Positions 1-12,800 of a stretch of 32,348 bases of DNA are shown piece by piece (positions within the stretch are counted from its first letter, which is position 1; each line of letters begins with the position of its first letter). Both the position numbers and the translations under genes were made by a program. The DNA is from an uncultured Pseudomonadota bacterium (GTDB lineage Bacteria > Myxococcota_A > UBA9042 > PHBI01 > CALCNF01). The notes under the pieces are model-generated. The model worked only from the letters and a program-made list of their open reading frames with translations, searched no databases and was not told where the DNA came from. The stretch lies in NCBI GenBank assembly GCA_937897815.1, contig CALCNF010000041.1, positions 1-32,348 on the forward strand, written 5' to 3'.

Positions 1-850
1 AACGCGTGCACGACCGGAGATACGTGCTCAGAGGGCTCTTGCGTGGGCGGGGCAGCGCCAGATTGCGATGACTCCAATGTGTGCACGACGGACACCTGTG
101 ACGCATTAGCAGGTTGCGTGAACACGCCGAACACAGACCCCTGCGATGACTCCAATGCCGCTACGGGCCCGGACACGTGCTCAGGCGGTTCGTGCTCGGG
201 TTCGCCAATCGAGTGCAACCAGGCATCGGATCAGTGCGTCGCATCAAGCACTCCCAATGGCGCGGGTTGCGACATCGTCAACGAAGACGACGGCACGTTG
301 TGCAGCGACGGCTCCAACAACACGAAGGACGACGTGTGCACCGCCGGCATCTGCGGCGGCACCAATATCGACTGCTCGGGTGAGGCCGTCGACACCTGCA
401 CCCCCAGCCACAGCCCCAACGGCGTGGGCTGCTCTCCCAATCATGCGGTCACCGGGACGAGCTGCAACGACTTCCTTAACGGCACAAAGGACGACGTTTG
501 TGACGGGAGCGGTACCTGCGCAGGCACGCCTTACGACTGTCTGGGCGAGGCCATCAGTCAATGCACCCCGAATTACAGCGCCAACGGTGTCGACTGCACG
601 CCCAACCATCTCGCAAACGAAGCTCCCTGTAACGATGGTGATCCGAGCACTCAAGACGACGAGTGTGACGGGAACGGCACGTGTGGAGGGACGGGATACA
701 GCTGCCCGGCCACGACCACGTGCATCCCAAGCTATACCCAGAACGGAGCGGGTGGCTGCACAGCAGTTCACGCCACCGAGGGGACCAGCTGCGACGACTC
801 GAACCCCAACACGAGCAATGACGAGTGCGATGGAGAGGGCAATTGTGTGG
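1..850 (+). repeat. Cys-rich CDDxNxCTxDxC repeats (Dictyostelium-repeat-like) in CDS1
   Basis: CDDSNVCTTDTCD, CDDSNAATGPDTC, CSDGSNNTKDDVC, CNDFLNGTKDDVCD, CNDGDPSTQDDECD, CDDSNPNTSNDECD. Confidence 0.75.
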
Positions 851-3800
851 CGTGCGGCGATGGCGTTCAGCAGCCCGATGAGGCCTGTGAGGACAGCAAT
901 ATCGACGCGGGTGATGGCTGCAGCGCTTCCTGCACCGTAGAGGCGGGCTGGGTCTGCAACCCTCACTGCGAGGCGGGCGCCTGCGGTGACGGGATCCAGG
1001 CGGGAACCGAGCAGTGCGACGCCGGTGTCGCCAACTCCGATGCCTGGGCGGCCGGCGATCACTGCAACGCCTCCTGTGAGCTCGGAAAGGCCCCGTATTG
1101 TGGCGATGGTGACGCCGACACGGGTGACTCCAATGGTGACGGAATAGACGACGAGATCTGCGATGATGGGGCCGATAACTCGGACCAATATTCCCCTACC
1201 GCTCGTTGCGACACGACCTGCCAGGACTATGCGCCTTATTGCGGCGACGGCGACACCGACGAAGGCGACGAGGTCTGCGACGATAAAGACGACAACGCAG
1301 ATGGGTGGACGGTAAATCAGACGTGCAACACCAGCTGCAACGCCTATCAGCCCTACTGTGGTGACGGCATCGTCACGGCTCCCCACGAGGTCTGTGACAT
1401 CAATGGAGACGCCTCGTGTCAGCCCGGTTGCCAGACCCAGGACTCGGACAGCGACGGCATCGTGGAGTCTCTCGACAACTGCCCCAGCGTTCCGAACGCC
1501 AATCAGGCCAACTTCGAGGTCGATGAGGAGACCGAGGCGTGCTCCGACGCGTCGGACTGCACCCCCGGCAACTGCATCGGCGGTGTGTGTGTCGTAGGCG
1601 ACGCCTGTGACACCGATGACGACAACGACGGCGTCGTGGACGCCGAGGACACCGACCCGAACAACAGGCTTGTCTGTCAGGACTCCGACAGCGACGAGTG
1701 CGATGATTGCGCGATCCTCGGATACGCTGATCCAGCCAACGACGGCGTGATCGATCGCGACGAGGACGGCCTGTGCGACATTGGCAGCAGCTGCCGCGCC
1801 CGCGTCTTCGTCACCAGCCAGATATTCACGGGTCAGCTCGGTGGCCTCGACGGGGCCGACAACGCCTGCGCGAACGCCGCTCAGAACGCCGACCTGAACG
1901 CGGTCGGAACCACCAATCGCTGGCGCGCCTGGATCGGCACGAGCGAGGCAGGTCCCGCCCAGCGCATCGGCCATATGCCCTTCCCCTTTGTCCTCGTCGT
2001 CCCCGAGGGCGAAGCTGAGGTGCAGATCGCCGCGAGCTGGGAGAAGCTCACCAGCGGTAATCTAGATCACCCCATCGATCGAAACGAGGCTGGACAGCCC
2101 ATCTCTGACGACGTGCGCATCTGGTCCTTCACCCAGATGGACGGTGACGCCCATGGAACCGGGACGATCGGTCACTGCAATGGGTGGACCACGAAGGGCC
2201 CGAACTTCATCGGGCACGTCGGGCAGCCGGCGTTCACGGATGGAAATGACGCGAACCTGGCCACTGGCGTCGGTATCGGCGCGGATCCCGAGACTCTGGG
2301 CTGCAACACGAAGCAGCGGCTGCTCTGCGTCGAGGTGATCTCCGATTGTGGAGACCCCGATGACGACAATGACGGCGTTCCCGATGGCGACGGCCTGGTC
2401 ATGTGTCCGTCGACCCCACCCGGCGAGTGCACGGACGGCTGCCTGGGCAACTGCGGTCTGAGCTGCCCGGCAGGATGCCCAACAGATTGCCCCTCGGCAT
2501 GCAGCGATAACTGCCCTCGAATCTCCAACGCCTCTCAGGCCGATGATGACGGCAACGGCATCGGAGACATCTGCGATCTCGACTCCGACGGAGACGGGTT
2601 CAAGGACAACTCGGATAACTGTCCGTTGATCCCCAACGCGGACCAGGCCGACGCCGACAACGACACCCAGGGTGATGTCTGCGACAACGATCTGGACAAC
2701 GACACCATCGTGAACGCCCTCGACAACTGCCCCGATGTCTACAACCTCGACCAGGACGACATGGACCCGTTCTATGTGGAGGACCCAGACAACCCTGGCG
2801 AGTACATCAAGAGCGCCTGTGGCAACAAAGACGACTGCACCGAGGAGCAGAGCTGTGTCGATGGGTATTGTGTGGGCGACGGCATCGGTGACGCCTGTGA
2901 CTTTGATGTGGACGCGGACCAGGTCCTGGACTCTGAGGACAACTGTCCGGAGGACTGGAACATCGATCAGGCCGATCTGGACGGGGACGGCCATGGCGAT
3001 GTCTGCGATGCCGACGAAGACGGAGACGGGATCGCAGACAGCGTGGACAACTGCCCGCGCGCGGCGAACCTCAACCAGATCGATCACGATGGAGACGGCG
3101 CGGGCGATCTCTGTGACGGAGACGACGACGATGATGGCTTCGCCGATGGAGGCGACAACTGTCCTCTGCTCAAGAACAGCGCTCAGGCTTGCGCGGCAGA
3201 CTCATCCTGTGAGGGCGCTGTCGCGGTCCCTTGCACCATCGACGCCCACTGCGCCAAGGGTACCTGCATCGAGGGTTACTGCCGCAAGGAGTGCGGCGCG
3301 TCCTGCACCAACCAAAGCGATAGCTACTGCTCCAAGTACGGAGAGTGCCTGATCTCTCAGGTGGACACCGATGGCGATGGCCTGGGTGACGCCTGTGATG
3401 AAGACGACGATGGCGACCTCTGGTTCGACTCCAGTGACACCTGTCCGGCGGACGCTGATGAGGCTCAGCTCGATCTCGACAGCGATGGAGAGGGAGACGC
3501 TTGTGATGATGACATCGATGGTGATGACCTGGTGAACTCCGCGTCGGCCTGCTGCTCCGAGCGGCAGGAGCCGGGCTGCTCGGTGGATGATCCCACCGCA
3601 GAGTTCAACCCATCGAACAAGAATGCGCTGGAGCTCTGCATCTGCGATGCGATCGGCGCGAGCCCGGGCTATGGCCCCGACACCTACTGTTGCACGAACA
3701 AATGGGACGATATTTGCGCGGCTAACGCCGTGGCCCACTGCGGTCTCGCGTGCAGCAACGACAACTGTCCCGACGTCTACAACCCAGACCAGGTGGACTC

Positions 3801-6800
3801 GACCGAGATGAGCCTGAACCCGGCCGAGTTCCCCATCGAGGGCGACGGCGTGGGTGACGTCTGCGATGACGATAAGGACGGCGATGGCATCTCCGACGAT
3901 CCGCTGCTCCCGCCTTGCAACGGCCCCGGTCAGACCGGGTGCTCGGACACCTGTCCATTGGTTCCCAACGCTGATCAGCTTGATCTCGATGGTGATTTCG
4001 TAGGCGACGTCTGCGATGTCGACGACGACGGCGACGTCATCGCGGACGTCCTCGACAACTGTCCCGTGATCTACAACCCCGATCAGGCGGACGCGGACGG
4101 GGACGAGGTCGGCGATCTCTGTGACACCTGTCCGCAGGACGCCGATGCCCATGATGACGACGGCGACGGGGTGGACTCCTGCCAGGACAACTGTCCCGAG
4201 CACGCCAACGCGGACCAGCTCGACTCCGATGAGGACGGCTTCGGTGACGCCTGCGACGTGGATGATGACAGCGACGGCATGCTCGACACCTACGGGGTCG
4301 ACGGGGCGGACAACTGCCCGACCGTCTCCAATCCTGACCAGGCGGACAGCGACGGCGACCTCGTGGGCGATGCCTGCGACAACTGCCCGAACATCCCCAA
4401 CAAGAACGCCAACGGCCCGCAGAAGGACCATGACAACGACGGCCTGGGTGACGCCTGCGATCCCGATGACGACGGCGACGGCGTCATGGACGTCGCGGAC
4501 AACTGCCCCTTCGATCCCAACGCGGATCAGACCAACCACGATCTCTTAGCGGAGCTCGCGGAGCTCGCGGCCGGTGGCGTTGTCCAGGGCGATGTCTGCG
4601 ATCCGGATGACGACAATGACGGCTTCCTCGACGAGGACGACGCGTGCCCCTTCACGCCCGAGGACGTTCAGGCGGACACGGACGGCGATGGCTTCGGAGA
4701 TCTCTGCGACTCTTGCCCGTTCGATCCCATCGACGGGGGGCATGACACGGACTTCGACGGGAAGTGCAACGCCGTGGACAACTGTCCGTTGCTCGCGAAT
4801 CCGGAGCAGGAGAACACGGATCTGGCCCTCGAGCAGGGCGCAGACCAGATCGCCTGTGATGAGAACGACCCGTGTGATGAGGGCGCCTGCATCCTTGGGA
4901 TCTGCATCGCCGGCGACGCGTGCGATTCCGATGACGACAACGACGGTCTGCTCGACTACCTCGACCCCTGCCCGGCGGTCCTCGATGACGCTGACGGAGA
5001 CTGTATTGGTGGCGCGGACGACGATTACCCCGACGACCCGTCCAAGTCGGGAGACGCAGACTCGGATGACGACGAGACGTGCACGACCAACAACAAGCTC
5101 TGCGGTGACGATTCCGTTGACACGGACGACGACAACGACGGCGTGCTGGACGTGGATGACAACTGCCCTGTCGTGCCCAACGCGACGGCCCTCGTCTCTC
5201 CCGAGATCGAGTGCGTCGAGGCCTCAGACTGCGTGGGCGACACCTACTGCGGCACCGACGCCAAGTGCCATGAGGCTCAGGCCAACCAGGACCAGGACCT
5301 CGAGGGGGATCTGTGTGACGTTGACGACGACAACGACGGGATCCTTGATGACGGGGACGGGGTAGACGCCTCCGCCGAGGACAACAAGGTCTGCGCCACC
5401 GCACAGGAGAGCGGCTGCGATGACAACTGTCCCAACGTGGCCAACCCGGGTCAGATGGACACCGATGGTGATGGTCAGGGCGACGCCTGTGACACCGATG
5501 ACGATGGCGATGGCGTTCCAGACGTCTATGACTCGACCCCCATGGGCGCGGATGACCCAACCTCGGATGACGATGACGGTGATGGCGTCCTGGATCTCGA
5601 GGACGCCTTCCCGCTCAACCCCAATGAGTCCAACGACCTCGACGGCGATGGCATCGGCGACAACGCGGACCTCGATGACGATGGCGACGGTGTCGCCGAC
5701 GCCGCCGACAACTGCCCCATGTGGGCGAACGCCGACCAGCTCGATACAGACGCGGACACGGAGGGCGACGTCTGTGATGAGGATGACGACGGCGACTCGG
5801 TGCTCGACGCGGACGACGCTTATCCGCTCGACGGGGCTGAGAGCGCAGACAGCGACGGCGATGGGGTCGGCGACAACGTGGACGCCTTCCCCAATGACCC
5901 ATCCGAGAGCGTCGACAGCGACGGCGACGGCGTGGGCGACAACGCTGATCCGGCCCCCTACGACGCTGAGCACAGCGTCGACACCGATGGGGATGGCTTC
6001 CCCGATACGGATGAGAGCGCGGAGAAGGACAAGGACGGAGACTCGGTGCTCGACGCTTTGGACAACTGTCCTCTGACCGTGAACGCCGATCAGGCCGATG
6101 CCGATGCCGACGCGCAAGGCGACGCCTGCGACACCGACGATGACGGTGACGGCGTGCTGGACGTCGATGACCTGTGTCCCCTCACGGCCGATCCTGACCA
6201 GCTCGACACGGACGATGATGGACAGGGGGATCTCTGCGATCCCTGCCCGCAGGACGTCACGGTGAACGCCTCGGGCGATGATGACGGCGACGGGCTCTGC
6301 CCGAGCGATGACAACTGTCCGCAGATCGCCAACATCAGCCAGTTCGATCTCGACGGCGATGGAGAGGGCGACGCCTGCGACAACGATGATGACGGAGATG
6401 AGCTCCTCGACCTCATCGATCCCTGCCCGCTGCTCTCCGCGGACAACGACGCGGATCAGGACTGCGTCGCAGACGACGAGGACGCCTTTCCGAACGATCC
6501 GGAGAAGGCCGCCGACGCCGATCAGGACGGCATCGACGACGCCGCGGATCTCTACGACGATGGAGACTCGATTCCTGACGAGCTCGACAACTGCCCGGGC
6601 ATCGACAACGACGACCAGGCCGATTTTGACGGCGACGGGCTCGGAGACGTCTGCGATACGGATAAGGACGGCGACGCCGTTCCCGATGAGCTCGACCTGT
6701 GCCCCTGGACGCCCGATCCGGCCCAGACCAACCTGGACGGGGACGCCTTCGGAGACGCCTGTGATAGCGACATTGACGGGGACATCCTCCCCAACGAGGT

Positions 6801-9800
6801 CGACAACTGTCCCTTCGACTACAACCCCGATCAGGCGAACCTGGATGGGGACGCGCAGGGCGACCTCTGCGACGATGATGACGATGGCGACTCGGTCCCC
6901 GATGTGCTGGACACCTGCCCGAAGAAGACCCCGGGCGCCTACCAGCTCGACACGGATGGTGATGGCCAGGGTGATCTCTGCGACACGGATGACGACGGCG
7001 ACGGCGTGCCCGACCCGGTCGACGTTTATCCCACGGATCCCACCGAGTGGCTCGACTCGGATAAGGACGGCGTGGGCGACAACGCGGACGCCTTCCCCGT
7101 CGATCCCAGCGAGCAGAGCGACGCCGATGGTGACGGCTTCGGTGACAACACGGACCCCGATCCTCTGAGCCCGGCTCCCCCTGGAGACACGGACGGTGAC
7201 GGCGTGGTCGACGATCAGGATCCCTTCCCGAACGACGGCTCAGAGAGCGGCGATCTCGACGGGGACGGAACGGGCGATAACGCCGACACCGATGATGACG
7301 GCGACTCCGTCCTCGACGTGCTCGACAACTGCCCGGGGACCGTCAACACCGATCAAGATGACCTGGATGCCGATGGTCTGGGAGACGCCTGTGATCCGGA
7401 CGTGGATGGTGACGGATTCACCAACGCTGACGACGAGTATCCCCTCGACGGTGACGAGTGGAAGGACACGGACGGCGACGGCGTGGGCGACAACGAAGAC
7501 GCCTTCCCCTTGAGCGCGACGGAGACGGTCGACAGCGACGGCGACGGGGTCGGCGACAACGCGGATGAGTACCCCTTCGACGCCTCCGAGCAGTTCAACA
7601 GCGACGCCTGCCCGGACAACGATGGCGATGGTTCTCCGGACACTCCAGGACCGGACGACTCCTGTGACACCGTGGGCAACAACCTCGATCTGGATGATGA
7701 CGGCGACGGCGTCTACGACGTCGATGACAACTGCCCGCTTCACCCGAACGCGGCGCCCCTGGCGCTCGAGAACGGCGTCGACGCCATCTCGTGCGCCGAC
7801 CAGCCCTGCCCGCTGCCCAGCCAGGACTGCTACATCGACAACCTGTGCCATGAGGCCCAGACCGACACGGACCAGGACGGCTACGGTGATGCCTGCGAGA
7901 GCTCCATCGACTCGGATGGCGACGGGATCGCCGATGAGGACGAGAAGGTGATCGAGGGCACCTGCTCCGACACCGACGAGGCCTGCACGACGGACGACGA
8001 TTGCCTGGCCGGAATCTGCGAGGGCTACAAGGACTGCATCCTGGTCTCAGCGTTCCTCGACGAGGACAACGACTGCGTACCGACGGACGCCAACGGCAAC
8101 GGCGTTCTCGATCCCGAGGACGACGCCTTCCCCGAGGACGGCACCGAGGACAAGGACACCGACCGCGATGGCATCGGCAACAACGCGGATACGGACGACG
8201 ACAACGACGGCGTGCCCGACGAGTCCGACGATCTGCCCCTGGACGCCACCTCCTCGGTGGATACGGACGGTGATGGTGTCGGCGACGAGACCGACGCGTT
8301 CCCCAACGATCCGGCTGAGCAGTCGGACACGGACGGGGACGGCATCGGCGACCAGGCCGACGGCGACGATGACCAGGACGGCGTGCCCGATGGTCTCGAC
8401 GATCTACCCCTCGACCCGACCGAGAGCGTCGACAGCGACGGTGACGGCGTGGGCGACAAGAAGGACGCCTTCGTCGACGACCCGACCGAGAGCGCGGACT
8501 CCGACGGGGACGGCGTCGGCGATAACGCCGACACCGATATCGACGGTGATGGGGTCCTGAACCAGCAGGACGCCTTCCCCTATGACGCCTCGGAGTCGGT
8601 GGACAGCGACGGTGACGGCGTGGGTGACAACTCCGACGCGGATCCCTTCGATGACGAGGAGACCCTCGACTCCGATGGCGACGGCGTGCCCGACGGCAAG
8701 GACGTCTTCCCAAGCGACGCCGGCGAGTGGCTCGACACCGATGGTGACGGCGTGGGCGACGAGCTCGACGACGACGCGGACGGCGACGGCGTGGCCGATG
8801 AGCAGGACGCCTTCCCCACGGACCCGACCGAGTCGGTGGACACCGACGGTGACGGCCTGGGTGACGAGACGGACACCGATGATGACGGTGACACGGAGCT
8901 CGACGTCCTCGACAACTGCCCCAAGGTGCCCAATCAGAGTCAGGAGGACTTCGACCACGATGATCTCGGTGACGTCTGCGACGACGACGATGACGGAGAT
9001 GGCCTCCTGGACGCGGTGGACAACTGCCCCATGGAGGACAACCCGGAGCAGCTCGACAATGACGGTGACGGCCTCGGGGACATCTGTGACCCCGATGACG
9101 ACAACGACGGTGTGCCCGATGGCGACCAGACCGTCCTGTGTCAGACCGGCCAGACCCTCAACTGCTCGGACAACTGTCCCTTGGTCTACAACCCCACCCA
9201 GAGCGATCTCGGTGACGGATCTGACGGGATCGGCGACGCCTGCGATGACTCGGACGGCGATGGCCTGAGCGACGCATTCGACAACTGCCCCGTGGTCGCC
9301 AACGCCGACCAGACCGACGCGGATGGTGACGGCCTGGGCGATCCCTGTGAGGCTGACTCGGATGGCGACGGCGTGCCCGACGTCTACGATTGGGCTCCCT
9401 ACGACGACAGCGAGCAGCTCGACACGGACGGTGACGGCGTGGGCGACAACGCGGACGCCTTCCCGACCGACCCAACGGAGCAGATCGACACGGATGGTGA
9501 CGGCGTCGGTGATCTCAAGGACACGGACGCGGACGGCGACGGGATCCCCGACGATGAGGATCTCTACCCGACCCTGCCCAACGGTCTGGACACCGATGGC
9601 GATGGCTCGCCTGACGTGGTCGATCAGGACGACGACAACGACGGTGTGCCTGACGCCACCGACAACTGTCCGCTCCTGTCGAACATCAGCCAGGCCAACC
9701 TGGATGAGGATCTGGAGATCGAGGCCGGTGAGGTCGCCCTCGGAGACGTCTGCGATGACGACGATGATGGAGACGAGACGCCGGATCTCTACGACCTCTG

Positions 9801-12800
9801 CCCCGAGACCTTCGATCCCGAGCAGAGCGATCTGGACAGCGACGCGGTCGGCGACGCCTGCGACGACGATATGGACGGCGACGGGGTGGACAACGACCTC
9901 GATGATCTCCCCGCCGATCCCTTCGAGACGAAGGACAGCGACGGTGACGGTGTCGGCGACAACGCCGATCTCTTCCCCGACAATTCGGACGAGCAGATCG
10001 ACACCGACGGCGACGGCCTCGGCGACAACTTCGCGGACTCCGACGACGACAACGACGGCATCCCGGATGACGAAGATCTCCTCCCGAAGAACAACGACTT
10101 CCTGGTGGATGACGATGGAGACGGTGTCCTCGACGTCGACGATGCTTTCCCCTTCGATCCGACCGAGAGCGAGGATTCGGACGGCGACGGGATCGGCAAC
10201 AACCAGGAGACCGACGACGACAACGACGCCTTCCCTGACACGATCGACAACTGTCCGACGACCCACAACCTGGACCAGGTGGACACGGACTCGGATGGCC
10301 TGGGAGACGCCTGCGACGACGACGACGACAACGACGGTATCCCCGATGCTACCGATCCCTGTCCGCTCCTCGAGCTGGCGCCGCTCTATGAGGATGACCT
10401 CGACGGAGACGGCTACAGCGACTCCTGTGACTCCGATGACGATGGGGACGGCGTGGTCGACAGCCTCGATCTCTTCCCGAACGATCCGAACGAGAGCAAG
10501 GACAGCGACGGTGACGGCGCCGGTGATAATGAGGACCTCGCGCCCAACAGCGACGCGGTCACGGTGGACACCGACGGTGACGGGCTCATCAACGAGATCG
10601 ATCTCGACGACGACGGTGACGGCGTGCCTGACACCGAGGACGCCTTCCCCTTCGACGCCTCGGAGGCCTACGACAGCGACGGTGACGGCGTGGGTGACAA
10701 CGCCGACCCGGCTCCGCTCGATCCGGCCCTGAGCGAGGACGCGGACGGCGACGGCATCGCGGATCCCTTCGATGAGGACGACGACGGCGACGGCGTACCC
10801 GACACCGAGGACGCGTATCCCTTCGATCCCAAGAAGAGCCTGGACACGGACCAGGACGGAATCGATGACATGGTCGATCCTGACGACGACGGCGACGGCG
10901 TCCCGGACACCGAGGATGAGTATCCGCTCAACGCCTTCGAGGCCTATGACACCGACGGCGATGGAACGGGCGACAACGAGGATCTCGATGACGATGGGGA
11001 CGGGATCAACGACGAGTACGACGAGTTCCCCCTCGATCCGACCGAGACCACCGACACGGACGGCGACGGCGTCGGCGACGTGGCGGACATCGCGCCTACG
11101 GACCCCAACCTGTCGAAGGACACCGATGGAGACTTCATCGCTGATGAGGTGGACGTCGATGACGACGGCGACGGTATGCCCGATGAGTTCGATGCCTTCC
11201 CCCTCGATCCGACCGAGACCGAGGACTCGGATGGCGACGGTATCGGCGACAACGCCGACCCGGCGCCCTTCGACCCTGACGTGAGCCTCGACACCGACGG
11301 AGACCTCATCGCCGATGAGGACGACGCCGATGACGATGGTGACGGTGTGCTCGACGTGAACGACGCGTTCCCGCTCGATCCCAACGAGGTCAGCGACCAC
11401 GACGGCGACGGTATCGGCGATAACGCCGACACCGACGACGACGGCGATGGTGTGGAGGACGCCTACGACGCGTTCCCGCTCAACGGCGACGAGTCGAAGG
11501 ACCTCGACGGTGATGGCGTCGGTGACGGCGTGGATCCCGACCTGGATGGCGACCAGGTCAGCAACGAGGCCGAGCTCGCCTGCGGGACCGACCCTGAGGA
11601 CGCCTCGGATGTGCCGGACACCACGAACACGGACGCGCCTGAGAACGCGGCTGAGGGTGTGGCTACGGACACGGACATCGACTGCTTCGACAGCGATGAC
11701 GATGGCGACGGCTACGACGATCTCCTCGAGATCACCTGTGGGTCCGATCCCCTCGACGCGACCAGTCTCCCGGTCGGGGTGGAGAACCACCACGACGCGG
11801 ATGACGACGGCGTGTGCGACAACCTCGATGAGGATGATGACGGTGACGGTTGGGCGGACGAGGATGAGACGACGTGTATGTCCGATCCCTTCGACGCCGA
11901 GCAGACTCCGGCGGATCTCGATGGTGACGGCGTGTGCGACATGCTCGACGCCGACATCGACGGTGATGGCGCCTCGAACGAGGAGGAGTCGGTGTGCAAG
12001 ACCGATCCTCTCGACGCCTCAAGCACCTCGACCGGTCAGACGCTCACGGACTTCGACGCGGACGGGATCCCCGACTGTGGAGATCCAGACGACGACAACG
12101 ACGGTCTGACCGACGTCATCGAGGCCGAGATTGGCTCCAATCCGACCTCGACCGACTCCGATGGTGACGGCATCGAGGACGGCGTTGAGGACGCCAACCA
12201 GGACGGCGTGCTCGATGATGGTGAGACCTCGCCGGTGCTGGCCGACAGCGACGGTGACGATCTCAGCGACAGCCTCGAGCTCGCCTCGTGCTACGACTCG
12301 GGCGCCGAGGGCTGGGTCTCTCCGACCGACACGCCGAGCCTCTGTGGTCAGACCGATCCCCGACAGGCGGACACGGATGGCGACGGGCTGCTCGACGGTC
12401 ATGAGGACGCCGATCTCGACGGCCAGTGGGCGCAAAACGAGACGAGCCCGCTCATGGCGGACACGGACGGCGATGGCGCGACCGATAAGGACGAGCTCGC
12501 CTGCGAGTCCTCGCCCCTCGATCCAGCCTCGCTGCCGGTGGACCAGGACGCGGATGGCCAGTGTGATCTCGCGATCCACGACTCGGACGCGGACGGCGTG
12601 GTGGACACGTTGGAGAACCTCTGCGGTACCGATCCGCTCGACGGCGGCCAGGTCCCTGGTCTCAATGAGATCGGAGACACGGACGGCGACGGGCTCCTCG
12701 ACTGTGTGGATCCCGACGACGATGAGGATGGCGCGCTCGACTCGATTGAGCAGGCCTGTGGCACCGATCCCCTGGACGCCTCTGAGGTGCCCACGGTGGA

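Noticed and set aside
43-45. GTG at 43 as the start of CDS1
   Set aside because: The frame is open and continues the same Cys repeat back to base 1. No signal peptide follows the GTG, so the gene begins upstream of the window.
4549-4569. 9-bp tandem repeat gcggagctc (AELAELA) as a phase-variation tract
   Set aside because: Only about 2.3 copies, and unit changes would preserve the reading frame.
5550-11550. Recurring DNA words such as gacggcgacggcgtgggcgacaac read as a CRISPR array or DNA repeat element
   Set aside because: The copies vary at synonymous positions, stay in frame and have irregular spacing, so they are protein-level repeats. No cas genes are visible.
8404-11793. 1129-aa minus-strand ORF
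   Set aside because: Val/Ile-rich antisense shadow of GAC/GAT (Asp) codons in a GC-rich repeat gene; no recognisable motifs.
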